64,000 bases of DNA from a bacterium (GCA_963692865.2 OY843592.1:2016001-2080000); one strand, 5' to 3'; positions 19,122-28,671 are shown, numbered from the stretch's first letter. The notes: a model not told the origin generated them from the sequence alone. Made by a program: numbers and translations.

Positions 19122-20279
19122 ATGAGCACAGACGGAACCGCGCAGGCCGAGTACGTGGCCCCCACCTGGGACACGAAGATGCCCCTGCCGTCCAATCCCG
19201 AGACGGGCGAGGACGCGAACGACTACTACATCATCGACTGCGAAACGCACGTGATGCCCGAGGACTACCGGCGCTTCATCAAGTATTTCGAGGGCACGAG
19301 CACCTTCGAGTACGCGCACAAGATGTGCAACCAGTGGCAGTGGATCGACCACAGGAACAACAGGCCGGCGGCCATCCACCCGGGCATGGACTGGCACATC
19401 GACAAGATCATCGCCGACATGGACCGCTCGGGCGTGGACCAGATAGCCCTCATGCGCGAGTCGTTCATCGACACGGCGGGCGACAGCGCGCCGTTCTCCA
19501 CGAACCAGCACGTCATCGACGCCATCGAGAAATACCCCGACCGCGTCATCGGCGTCTCGAACGTGGGGCCGTTCTCCAAGCGCAAGACCAAGGATTTCCT
19601 CTGGGAGATGGAATACCTCCACGACAACTACAACTTCAAGTTCACCAAGTTCTATCAGCCCGAGGACTGCCCCATCAACGACCGCAGGCTCTGGCCCGCC
19701 TACGAGATGTGCCAGGACAAGGGCATCGTGGCCTTCTTCCACACCGGCATCACCATCCGGCTGGGTCCCACGCGCTACACCCTGCCGATCCTGCTGGACG
19801 AGGTGGCGTCCGACTTCCCGGACCTCAAGATCGTGGCCTACCACGGCGGCTATCCCTACTGGGAAGACCTCGTCATGCTGATGTGGAAACACCCGAACGT
19901 GTACGTGAGCTACTCGATCCTGCTGCCCTGGCTCTTGCGCGCGCCGCACCGCTTCGCCCACATGGTCGGCACGACGCTGCAGATCGTCGGCCCCGGCCGA
20001 TTCGTCTGGGGAAGCGACTGGCCCGCTTCGGACCCGTACCAGTCGGTCGAGGCGATACTCAAGCTCCACATCGACGAGGAACTGCAGGAGAAGTGGGGCT
20101 ACCCCGCCATCACGAAAGAGGACAAGGCGGGCTTCCTGGGCACCACGCTGGCGAACCTCGCGGGCATCGACCCGGTGAAGAACCACCAGAAATTCCCCGG
20201 CATGAACGGCGCGCCGGAGGGGGTGACGCCGGAGGGCGACATCACCCGCGCCATCATGGCGAAACAGAACGGCGGTTAG
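19122..20279 (+). CDS. Amidohydrolase_2 family metal-dependent hydrolase
   Basis: IIDCETH, FHTG, AYHGGYP, WGSDWP. Confidence 0.88.
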   Translation: MSTDGTAQAEYVAPTWDTKMPLPSNPETGEDANDYYIIDCETHVMPEDYRRFIKYFEGTSTFEYAHKMCNQWQWIDHRNNRPAAIHPGMDWHIDKIIADMDRSGVDQIALMRESFIDTAGDSAPFSTNQHVIDAIEKYPDRVIGVSNVGPFSKRKTKDFLWEMEYLHDNYNFKFTKFYQPEDCPINDRRLWPAYEMCQDKGIVAFFHTGITIRLGPTRYTLPILLDEVASDFPDLKIVAYHGGYPYWEDLVMLMWKHPNVYVSYSILLPWLLRAPHRFAHMVGTTLQIVGPGRFVWGSDWPASDPYQSVEAILKLHIDEELQEKWGYPAITKEDKAGFLGTTLANLAGIDPVKNHQKFPGMNGAPEGVTPEGDITRAIMAKQNGG

Positions 20280-20311
20280 CCGGGCAACTCGGCTTCCCTC
20301 CTGACAGCATC

Positions 20312-20347
20312 AAGCCCCGTCCGGGTGCGCCCGGGCGGGGTTTATTT
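20312..20347 (+). terminator. Probable Rho-independent terminator
   Basis: AAGCCCCGTCCGGG-TGCG-CCCGGGCGGGGTTT then ATTT. Confidence 0.7.
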
Positions 20348-20374
20348 CTGGAAAACCTGATGCTGCTCTTCGGG
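20318..20374 (+). repeat. Left degenerate direct repeat bordering AbiE-like island
   Basis: CGTCCGGGTGCGCCCGGGCGGGGTTTATTTCTGGAAAACCTGATGCTGCTCTTCGGG aligns with 22780-22839. Confidence 0.7.
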
Positions 20375-20552
20375 GTATGAATCTTACGGGAATTGGGTAA
20401 GGGCGTTGGCAAACCTTGTCTAGCCGTCGTCCATTTTCTCGAAAATGAGTTTACCTTACGCGCTAAATCTAAATCCTGAATTTACGTTTTGGATTTTTCT
20501 TTGGTGAGAGATGTTTTTTCTGTGTTTGAGACCAATGTCAGTCATAGATTAT

Positions 20553-20623
20553 ATTTACTGCGCAGTGAATTTTGCTATTATTATGAATATATGCTATAAA
20601 GCTGATATTTGCTGTGCAGTAAA
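20553..20623 (+). promoter_or_regulatory. Sigma70 promoter flanked by two palindromic operators
   Basis: TTGCTA (20572-77), 17 nt, TATAAA (20595-600) with extended TG; palindromes ATTTACTGCGCAGTGAAT (20553-70) and TTTGCTGTGCAGTAAA (20608-23). Confidence 0.8.
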
Positions 20624-20631
20624 GAGGTAGA

Positions 20632-21732
20632 ATGCTGATGCCTGACAAAGAGGTTATGGAAAAACAACTGCTCGACCAGTTCCTGGAAGCCCTGTGGGGG
20701 CTGTCCGGGGTGCAAGCGGAGTTGGATCCGCTTATACAGCCCGGTGGCCCGGATCGAGGGTATGACGCCCGGGTTGATCTCAGGGCGGGGGGGAAGTCTG
20801 TCACCCTGATGATAGAGGTGAAGAAAACCCTCTATCCTCGTGACGTGCGGCAGACTCTTTGGCGGTTTCAGGCATTAGCACAAAGATGGCCGAAATCGGC
20901 GGAAGAACGGCAAACGTTGTTCTTCCTGGTGGCCCAATCAATTTCACCCGGAGCCAAAGACCTGCTGAGGGAGGAGCGGGTCGGCTACTATGACAGCGGG
21001 GGCAGCCTGTTTCTCGCTGCCCAAAACATCTACATTCACGTGGACAAGCCGCCCCCGAAGGCCTTGTCGAAAACCATTCGTTCCTTGTTTTCGGGTCGCC
21101 GTGCGCAGGTGCTGCACGTGCTCCTGATGCGGCATGGAGAGTGGTTCGGAGTCAAGGAGGTCGCGGAGCAGGCGCGGGTCTCGCCCGCGACCGCCTCGCA
21201 GGTGCTGACCGAGCTTGAGAGGTTCGATTGGGTGGTGTCGCGCGGGCAGGGGCCAACCAAGGAACGCGACCTGCGAGAGCCTGGCGCTTTGCTGGATGCA
21301 TGGGCCGAGCAACTGGCGGTGATGCGGCCCCCTGCAATGCAGCGTTATTTTGTGCCCTCGGTACGTTCGGAGGAACTGGCCCGGAAGTTCGCCGAGGTCT
21401 GTGCCGCCCAAAAGGCCGAATACGCGATCACTCACGAGGCGGCAGGGCAACGGTACGCGCCCTTTCTATCGGCTGTCTCCCAGGTTCGTTGCAGGGTGAT
21501 GGTCGGTGCCGCAGCAGACAGGGCCCTGGGCGCACTCGACGCCCGCATCGTCGACCGGGGCGCAAACCTGGTTGTCATTGAGGCCAAGTCGTCCGGCGAG
21601 TTGCTGTTTCGAGAACTGGTGGATGGGATTTGGCTGGCGAGTCCCGTCCAGGTCTACCTCGACCTGATTCACGGTGAGGGCCGCTCCAGGGAAATGGCGA
21701 AGCACCTGCGCCAGGAAAGGATCGGATTCTAG
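20632..21732 (+). CDS. AbiEi-like antitoxin / transcriptional regulator (type IV TA)
   Basis: N-terminal YD...IEVK nuclease-fold-like motif, wHTH GVKEVAEQARVSPATASQVLTELE, C-terminal ASPVQVYLDL...GR.REMA..LR. Confidence 0.78.
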   Translation: MLMPDKEVMEKQLLDQFLEALWGLSGVQAELDPLIQPGGPDRGYDARVDLRAGGKSVTLMIEVKKTLYPRDVRQTLWRFQALAQRWPKSAEERQTLFFLVAQSISPGAKDLLREERVGYYDSGGSLFLAAQNIYIHVDKPPPKALSKTIRSLFSGRRAQVLHVLLMRHGEWFGVKEVAEQARVSPATASQVLTELERFDWVVSRGQGPTKERDLREPGALLDAWAEQLAVMRPPAMQRYFVPSVRSEELARKFAEVCAAQKAEYAITHEAAGQRYAPFLSAVSQVRCRVMVGAAADRALGALDARIVDRGANLVVIEAKSSGELLFRELVDGIWLASPVQVYLDLIHGEGRSREMAKHLRQERIGF

Positions 21733-22628
21733 TGGCGAAGCCCCCGACCCGAGACGGCTACACCGATCGGTACACGGTCGATTGCGAGCGCGTTCTCGTG
21801 ACCCTGCTGCGCGGATTGGGTCCCTGGAAGGAGTCGGTCATTCTGGTCGGCGGCTTGACGCCGAGATACCTGGTGAAGGCCAGGCCACCGGCAGTGCCGG
21901 CGCATGCCGGTACGCTCGACGTGGATATCGTCATCGACTTGCAGATTCTGACTGAAACCGAGGCCTATAGCACGCTCGAGGACAACCTGCGAAGGATGGC
22001 GTTCGAGCCGGCCACGAACGACCAGGGCCAGCCGTCCTTATGGCGGTGGCAGACCCGCACCGAACATGGCGCACTGATGGTGCTGGAACTGCTCGCCGAC
22101 GCGCCGGAGATCGCAGGTGGCAGGGTTCAGCCGCTGCCCACGGAAGGGACTATCTCCGCGCTCAACATTCCGAACTCGTCCATTGTCTTCGATCTCCACC
22201 AGGTCACGGAGATTCGGGCAGAGCTCCTTAAAAGCGCAGGCATCGCCGTCGAACAAGTCAGGCACGCCAATCTGGTGAGTTTCACCTGCCTGAAGGCGTT
22301 CGCCTTCGATCAGCGCAACGAGCGCAAGGATGCGCATGATCTGGTCTATTGCATCGAGCACGCGCCCGAGGGACTCGAAGGCGCTGCCGGGATGTTCCGC
22401 AACGCTTTGGCAGGCGGCCACGCCGCAGTGATCCGGGACTCTCTGGTAATTCTTCGCAATCGCTTCGCACGGGACGACAAAGATGAGGGCTATCGAAAGG
22501 ACGGTCCCGTGGCAGTGGCCCGTTTCGAACTGGGTGAAGATAACGAAGCCGATCTGCGCGAAGCCCGGATTCTGCGTCAACGCGAGGTCAGCAGCGTGAT
22601 CGAGCAACTCCTGGATCGGATCGGTTAG
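21732..22628 (+). CDS. AbiEii-like nucleotidyltransferase (type IV toxin)
   Basis: LVGG, GTLDVD, LKAFA...RKDAHDL motifs; translationally coupled to the antitoxin gene. Confidence 0.78.
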   Translation: MAKPPTRDGYTDRYTVDCERVLVTLLRGLGPWKESVILVGGLTPRYLVKARPPAVPAHAGTLDVDIVIDLQILTETEAYSTLEDNLRRMAFEPATNDQGQPSLWRWQTRTEHGALMVLELLADAPEIAGGRVQPLPTEGTISALNIPNSSIVFDLHQVTEIRAELLKSAGIAVEQVRHANLVSFTCLKAFAFDQRNERKDAHDLVYCIEHAPEGLEGAAGMFRNALAGGHAAVIRDSLVILRNRFARDDKDEGYRKDGPVAVARFELGEDNEADLREARILRQREVSSVIEQLLDRIG

Positions 22629-22636
22629 CAGGCGGC

Positions 22637-22780
22637 ATGGCGCTCAAGGCTGTTTTCGTCGGTATCAACAAATATGTGGATCGCACCATTCCTGAGCTGA
22701 ACGGCGCACGGCGCGACGCTATGGCCCTGTGGGCGTTGGTTACAGACACCTTTGAGGAACTGGCCGCACGACTTCTGGTC
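22637..22780 (+). pseudogene. N-terminal remnant of a caspase-like (peptidase C14) domain gene
   Basis: KAVFVGINKY...IPELNGARRDA is the typical C14 first strand/helix; no HG or DxC catalytic motifs; resemblance stops at the right direct repeat. Confidence 0.75.
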
Positions 22781-22839
22781 GCCCGGATTCGCCAAGGCGG
22801 GGTTTCTTGCTTGGAAAACCTCATAGCGGCTCTTTCGGG
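22780..22839 (+). repeat. Right degenerate direct repeat bordering AbiE-like island
   Basis: CGCCCGGATTCGCCAAGGCGGGGTTTCTTGCTTGGAAAACCTCATAGCGGCTCTTTCGGG aligns with 20318-20374. Confidence 0.7.
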
Positions 22840-22863
22840 AAAATCTTTTGTTCTTGCGAACCC

Positions 22864-23616
22864 TCACACCTTCCCCATGACGAACTTGACCACCAGGCTC
22901 GTGGCGATGAGGAACAGGGCGATCCGGATGAGCCTGAAGAAGAGCGCCTGGTCGATGCGCTCGCGGACGCGGATGCCGGCCCAGTACCCGACGTAGACGG
23001 GTATGATCGCCAGCAGCGAGTTCGTGAAGCGCGGCTTGGTGTAGAAGCCCTGGAGGATGAGGCTCGCGATGATGACGAACATGCCCGTCGTGTTGAACGC
23101 GTTCATCAGGAAGATGAAGGGGTTTTTCGCCAGCCGGAGCATGCTGAAGTAGATGATGTTGATGGCGCCGCTGATGGTCGTCGTCCCGTATACGAAACCC
23201 AGCGCCGCGCCCATGACGGCGCCCACGATTCTCTGGAAACTCGTTCCGAGTTCCTTGAAGAAGGAGAGGCGGCTTTCCACGAGCAGGTACGTGTAGGCCA
23301 TGACGCCCATCATCAGACGGATGAAGTCGGGGTCCCCGAAGCCGAGGAACCACACGCCCACCGGCATGAACGCCAGGGCGCACAGCAGGTACAGCCATAT
23401 TTCCTTGAGTGAGCGCCATTCCGAGCGAAGGCGGTAGGTGTCGGTGATGTTCGATACGAGGAGCGGGAACGCCAGCAGGGTGACGATCTCCTGGGGGACG
23501 ATGAGGAGCGCGAGGAGCGGCGCGGCCACCAGCGGCGTGCCGAAGCCGATGGAGCCCTTCACGAATCCCCCGAAAAAGAGAACGCAGATGACGACGACGG
23601 CTTCCGCTTCGCTCAT
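22864..23616 (-). CDS. Sulfite exporter TauE/SafE family membrane protein
   Basis: GGFVKGSIGFG...PLL; about 8 TM segments; 250 aa. Confidence 0.85.
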   Translation of the reverse strand: MSEAEAVVVICVLFFGGFVKGSIGFGTPLVAAPLLALLIVPQEIVTLLAFPLLVSNITDTYRLRSEWRSLKEIWLYLLCALAFMPVGVWFLGFGDPDFIRLMMGVMAYTYLLVESRLSFFKELGTSFQRIVGAVMGAALGFVYGTTTISGAINIIYFSMLRLAKNPFIFLMNAFNTTGMFVIIASLILQGFYTKPRFTNSLLAIIPVYVGYWAGIRVRERIDQALFFRLIRIALFLIATSLVVKFVMGKV

Positions 23617-23680
23617 GTGAGTCTCATGGAGAAAGAGGGGGGGCTGTCCCGAAACGCGGCGTCAGGCATGCCCTTCCCTG

Positions 23681-24199
23681 GGGGGGGTGCTGAAAAAGCC
23701 CATCTCGCTCTGAATTGTCCACTGCCGTCTCAACTGCGGACCTCGCCCTCGAACAGTATCGCCAACTAATGAGAGAGAAGAAAATCACTCCCCCCTTGAG
23801 GGGGAGTCAGCAAGACGAGGGCGAAGCCCGAAGTCGCGCTGGTGGGGGGAGCTTTTCATTCAGAGCCGTCCCCCCACCGATTCAGCCTTCGCAAAAATCG
23901 CTCGGCTTCATCGTCGGGCTTTCCCCTCGGAAAGCCCGACCCTCAAGGGGCCGTTGAAAAAGCGATTCCTCTCGCATCAACCACGTTTCCCCGTAGGTCG
24001 GACATATATGTCCGACCTGCTATGCGACCCGGCCTTTTTTCGCCTCTCCGGCGGCGGGCCGCATAGTATGCGGCCCCTACACCGCCATTCGAACGACGTG
24101 TGTAGGAACGGGCCCGAGTAGGGGTGAGAAAACATCCTTCGATACGCGGCTTCGCCGCTACTCAGGATGAGGCGGAGGGAACTTTTTCAACAACCCCCC
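23681..24199. repeat. Mosaic repeat cassette (nested left ends)
   Basis: GTGCTGAAAAAG at ~23686, CCGTTGAAAAAG at ~23951, TTTTTCAACAACCCC at ~24183; ACTCCCCCCTTGAGGGGGAGT, GTCGGACATATATGTCCGAC and CTACTCAGGATGAGG modules. Confidence 0.85.
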
Positions 24200-24214
24200 G
24201 AGCAGGAACGCGCC

Positions 24215-25021
24215 TCACCCCGCGATGTCTTCGCCTCCGTCGACGCGGATCAGATCGCCCGTCATCCACTGCGTGCCGGAGGCGGCGAGCGCCGCGATGG
24301 CGTCGGCCACCTTCTGCGGCGTCGTCAGCTCCCCGTGGGGGTTGATTTTCTTCGTGCCCTCGATCATCTCGGCGTTTCCGGGGATCTTGCGGAGCGCGGG
24401 CGTGTCCGTAACGCCGGCCTGGATGCTGTTCGCCGTGATGCCCCTGGGCGCGAGTTCGACGGCGAGCTGGCGGACGTGGCTCTCCAGCGCGGCCTTGGCC
24501 GCCGACACGGCGCCGTAGGTCTTCCAGATGCGGCGCCCGCCCGCGCTCGTCATGGCGTAGATGCGGCCCCCGAAGCCCATGAGGCCGCGCCGCACGAGCG
24601 CCTGCGCCCAGTAGACCAGGCTGTTCGCCATGACGTCGAGCGTCATTTCGAGTTGCCTGGGGGAGATGGCGTCTTTCTCCTCATCGGCGATGTAGGGCTT
24701 GAGCGTGCCGAAGGCCAGACTGTGGAGCAGAATGCGCACCGCGCCCGCCGCGTTATCGCCCAGATGCGCCTCCATCCGGTCCAGAACGCTCGCGCGCTCT
24801 TCATGGCCCGCCGCGTTCACGTTGAAGTAGAGGGATTCCGCGCCGTTGTTCCTGATTCCCTCCCGAATGCGCTCCACGTTGGGCAGCGTGGCCTTCCTGT
24901 CGAGGTGAACGCCGAAAATGTTCACGCCCAGACTTGAGAGTTTCAGCGCGTTCGCTTCGCCGAAGCCGCTGCTCGCGCCCAGTATGAGCGCCCAGCTTCC
25001 CGCCAGATCCGAGTTCGACAC
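24215..25021 (-). CDS. SDR enoyl-ACP reductase (FabL/FabI-like)
   Basis: LGASSGFG, YGAVSAAK (YxxxxxxK), AGVTDTPAL, IRVDGG. Confidence 0.85.
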   Translation of the reverse strand: MSNSDLAGSWALILGASSGFGEANALKLSSLGVNIFGVHLDRKATLPNVERIREGIRNNGAESLYFNVNAAGHEERASVLDRMEAHLGDNAAGAVRILLHSLAFGTLKPYIADEEKDAISPRQLEMTLDVMANSLVYWAQALVRRGLMGFGGRIYAMTSAGGRRIWKTYGAVSAAKAALESHVRQLAVELAPRGITANSIQAGVTDTPALRKIPGNAEMIEGTKKINPHGELTTPQKVADAIAALAASGTQWMTGDLIRVDGGEDIAG

Positions 25022-25246
25022 GTCGTTCTTCTCCTTTCGAGACTGCGCGAATCACCGCATTTTCATTGTTTATAGCACATCCGGGCGGGATTGGGACGCC
25101 TCTCTCCCCCCGCATCAGCCTTCGCGCCCTGCCGGGACGGGCCGCTGCCCGTCCCGGCCATCTTCGTCCCACTCTTGATGATTCGCATTTCATGCGGCGT
25201 ATTTTTTTTCCGCGACGTAATCCATGAGTGATCGGCCCTTGCGCCC

Positions 25247-25879
25247 ATGGCGTACGGGCTTTCGCCCGAATGCGGCGGGGGCGCGATAGACGCGCGGGGG
25301 CTGGGCTTCGCGCTGGCGGCCTCCTGGCGCGGGGAGAGCGGCTGGTACGCGCGCGGGCGCTTCTCGCTGGCGAACTACGACGTGGACCTCGCCTCCGAGA
25401 AGCGCGGCGCCCTCAAGCGCGATTTAAGCGGGAGCGCCGGTTCGGCGGACTTCGAGGCGGGCAGGCGGCTGGCGCTCGATAAGGTGCGCCTCACGCCCCG
25501 GCTGCGGCTGGCGCGCTCGGAGGCGGACGCGGAGGGGTTCGCCGACGCGAGCGGGGCGCGGGTCGCCCTCGCCGATGCGGCGCGGTTCACGGGCGGCGTC
25601 GGGGTGTCGGCCGAGACGGCGCGCGCGCTTTATGACGGCGGAAACCTCTCCCTGCGCGGCTCGCTGGACGTGGAGCGGACCCTGGGCGGGGCGGAGACGG
25701 CCGTGAGCGTCTCGGGCGAGAGGCTCGCGTCCGAATCCGCCAAGACGCGCGTCCTGCTGGGCCTGGGGGTGGACTACCGCAGCGGCCGCTTCGCGGCGGG
25801 CGCCGCGGTCTCGGCGGGCGGCCTCGGTTCGGACGACGCCTCCTACGCCGGGCGGGTCACCTTCGGGATGAAGTTCTAG
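25247..25879 (+). pseudogene. Autotransporter beta-barrel C-terminal fragment
   Basis: Amphipathic beta strands, EAGRR...LTPR, terminal GRVTFGMKF; no signal peptide or passenger; shorter than a full barrel. Confidence 0.72.
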
Positions 25880-25932
25880 GGAGCGCGGCGCCTCCCGCGT
25901 CCGCCGGGCCGAACCGGCAATCCCTCCCTTCC

Positions 25933-26916
25933 GGTGTTGTTGAAAAACCTCTCTTCGGTCGGCGACGTGATGATCCCGTAGGGGCAGCCCCTCCTCGGGG
26001 CTGTTCCTGCACACGTCGTTCGAATGGCGGTGTAGGGGCCGCATATCATGCGGCCCGGATTGTGAAGGCGAAAAAAGGCCGGGTCGCATGATATGTCAGA
26101 CATATATGTCTGACCTACAAACAAATTGTCTCTGTCCGGTTTTTTCAACAACCCCCTCAAGGGGGGAGTGAAATTCGGTGCGCTCCCTCTGTGAGGCTTT
26201 TTCAACACCCCCTCCTCCCCCGGAATGGACCGCCGCCGTCATTCCGGCGAAAGCCGGAATCCATTTGCGGATGCGAGTGAATGAACGGCGGCGTTTTCTT
26301 CCCCGCCGATGCGCGAGAACCCCGACGAGAGGCAAAGGGCGTAAAATGGATTCCGACGAACCCTCATTCATCAATCGGGTTCGACCTCCCTCCTCGGTCG
26401 GCTCCGACGCCGGAATGACGGAAAAAAGGCCGCCGCCGCAAAATCACCCCCCCTACCCCCCCTACCCCCCCTTGTCCGGGCCGTTGAAAAAGCCCCATTG
26501 ACGGGAAAATCCCATGGGAGCAACCTGCTCTGGCCGCCTTGTCGGGGGTTGGTTTTGTATGTCGGACATATATGTCCGACATAATATGCGGCCCGTCGCC
26601 GGAGAGGCGAAAAAAGGCCGGGTCGCATGATATGCGACCCCTACGGACCAATCCCGACCGAGGAGGGGGGGCGCCCGTCGGGCGCGTCATCCCGAGCAAT
26701 CGCTCCCTTCTCGGTCGCGTCAGACACCCATTCATCAATCGTGTTTGACACCCGCAGGCGCGGACTTCGCCCTTCGATACGCGGCTTCGCCGCTACTCAG
26801 GGTGAGGCGGAGAGGGTTTTTCGACAACCCCTCCTCACTCGCGTTTGACCCCTGGCAAGGGGGGGTGTAGGGGGGGGGACGCCTTTACCCTGCCGGGAGG
26901 CTTTTTCAACAGCTCC
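25933..26916. repeat. Large mosaic repeat array (several nested cassettes)
   Basis: Multiple GTTGAAAAA / TTTTTCAAC ends and all hairpin module types seen elsewhere. Confidence 0.88.
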
Positions 26917-27285
26917 GTATGCAGTCCTTGTGCGCCCCCTCGAATGACGAATGCAGGGGCGGACCTCCCTTCCGGGCCGTGTTCGATCTCGCGCGCATTT
27001 CCCCGCATTTGCGCTTCCCGCGCCGAGCGGGCGTTCCGGTATGGTGGCGAGGCGTCCGGCTTCTCCACGGAGGCGGAGCGGGCGGATTCTCTCCCGCCCG
27101 CCGGGGCGTCACCCTCGCGGCCCTCTCAGGAGGAAGACCCGATGCGGGCCGAACCTCACAAGCCGTCTTTTCCCGCGGACGGGAGCGATGCGGCGCAAAG
27201 GCCCCGGGGCGGGAGGAAAACGGTGGATTCGGAATTCCTGAAAAATTGGATAAATATGTATAAATTCACGATGTTTTTCGGTAAA
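26095..27285 (+). repeat. Long inverted repeat, copy A (~1.19 kb)
   Basis: Reverse complement of 41179-42353; mirrored ORF translations; a few SNPs and indels. Confidence 0.95.
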
Positions 27286-27524
27286 TTTCCGAGGTAAAAA
27301 AAACACATGATCCATTGAATTTCTTAATGGAAACAGCCGTGTTTCGCGGATCCGGATCCTCGCCGGAAGGACTCGATTCCGGCCGGGCGGGGCGCTATCG
27401 TATTTTGTATTGGACGATGGGGAAATAGAATGGTAAATTTCGTTCCGGCTTGATGGAAAGCGTTTCGGCCTCGCGGGAGTCAGAAGACGGGCGAGGCATT
27501 GATTCTAGGGGGAGAATGCGACTC

Positions 27525-27797
27525 ATGCGAAAAATGGCGGGTATCTTTCTGGCGGTCGGTATGGTTCTTGTGGTTGCGGGCTGCGCGACGCCCCAGCACA
27601 ACGTCTGGTTGAAGCGCGGCGTGGGCGTGAAGATGGAGCAAGCCGTGAAGGACCTGAAGAGTTGCGCGGCGAAGGAGGAGTTCATGTTCGACGCGACGGC
27701 CAAGGGCGGCCCCGAGGCGGTCAGTTCCGCGTCGTCGTATGAACAGAGCAAGTTCGATGCGTGCATGACGGCCAAGGGCTTCAAGAAAAAGAAATAA
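27525..27797 (+). CDS. Small lipoprotein
   Basis: Lipobox VAGC; CAAKE...FDACMTAKGF; upstream GGGGGAG. Confidence 0.75.
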   Translation: MRKMAGIFLAVGMVLVVAGCATPQHNVWLKRGVGVKMEQAVKDLKSCAAKEEFMFDATAKGGPEAVSSASSYEQSKFDACMTAKGFKKKK

Positions 27798-27965
27798 ATT
27801 CCAAGGGCGCGAGCGGTGAACCGCCGGGGGGCGAGGCGAACTCCCGGCGGGCGCGCTTCATGATTTTTTCGCAAGCCTCGGGAAGAGCCGGAGAATCCGT
27901 TCTCCGGTTCTTTTGTTCTCGGGCGTGAGCGGGCATCGGGAAAAGCCGGGAACCGGGAGAACGCA

Positions 27966-28526
27966 ATGAACCAGGGCGAGGGGCCGTCGCGCCGGGAAGT
28001 CGAGCGGGCGGCCGATCTCAAGACTTTCGAGGACCACCGCGCCGAAGGGCCGGACGCCGTCACGTGCGGCGTGCTCACGGTGAGCGACACGCGCACGGAA
28101 GAGACCGACACGAGCGGAAAACTGCTCATGAACATGCTCGGCGACGCGGGCCACAAGGTCGCCTTTTACCGCATCGTGAAGGACGAACCGGCGCAGATTC
28201 GCGAAGCCCTGCTCGAGGCCTGTTCGGAGCCCGAGGTCCAGGTGGTGATATCGAACGGGGGAACGGGCATCACCAGGCGCGATACGACCTACGACGTCGT
28301 CGTTTCCATCCTGGAGAAGGAAATGCCCGGCTTCGGCGAGTTGTTCCGGCACGTGAGTTTCGAGGAAATCGGCACGGCCGCCATGCTCACCCGCGCGACG
28401 GCGGGTACCTGCCGGGACACCATCATCATGACGCTTCCCGGCTCCGGGAACGCCTGCCGCACGGGGATGGAGAAAATCATCCTTCCCGAGATCAGCCACA
28501 TGGTGCGGGAGGTGCTGAAGCACTAG
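27966..28526 (+). CDS. moaB: Molybdenum cofactor biosynthesis protein B (MoaB/Mog)
   Basis: LTVSDTR..ETDTSG, NGGTG.TRRD.T, PGFGELFR, LPGS. Confidence 0.9.
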   Translation: MNQGEGPSRREVERAADLKTFEDHRAEGPDAVTCGVLTVSDTRTEETDTSGKLLMNMLGDAGHKVAFYRIVKDEPAQIREALLEACSEPEVQVVISNGGTGITRRDTTYDVVVSILEKEMPGFGELFRHVSFEEIGTAAMLTRATAGTCRDTIIMTLPGSGNACRTGMEKIILPEISHMVREVLKH

Positions 28527-28671
28527 GGTTTCCCGTCCGGGATTCGCCGCGTTCCCGCACCCCGCGGCTCGATGAGGAATTGCTCAATCGCTCCTGAAAT
28601 CCGGGGATGGGCGGCCTGGAAACGAGGTCGGGCTCCGCGTGGGGCGCCCGGCGGCGTTTTCCTCCATCAAG

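Noticed and set aside
22637-22996. Full 119 aa ORF as an intact protein
   Set aside because: Caspase-like resemblance ends at codon 48; the remainder runs through the direct repeat and antisense into the tauE-like gene
23800-23950. Structured GC-rich segment considered as tRNA/ncRNA (also 63800-63940)
   Set aside because: No cloverleaf, TpsiC or CCA pattern; it is the interior of the CCCCCTTGAGGGGG repeat module
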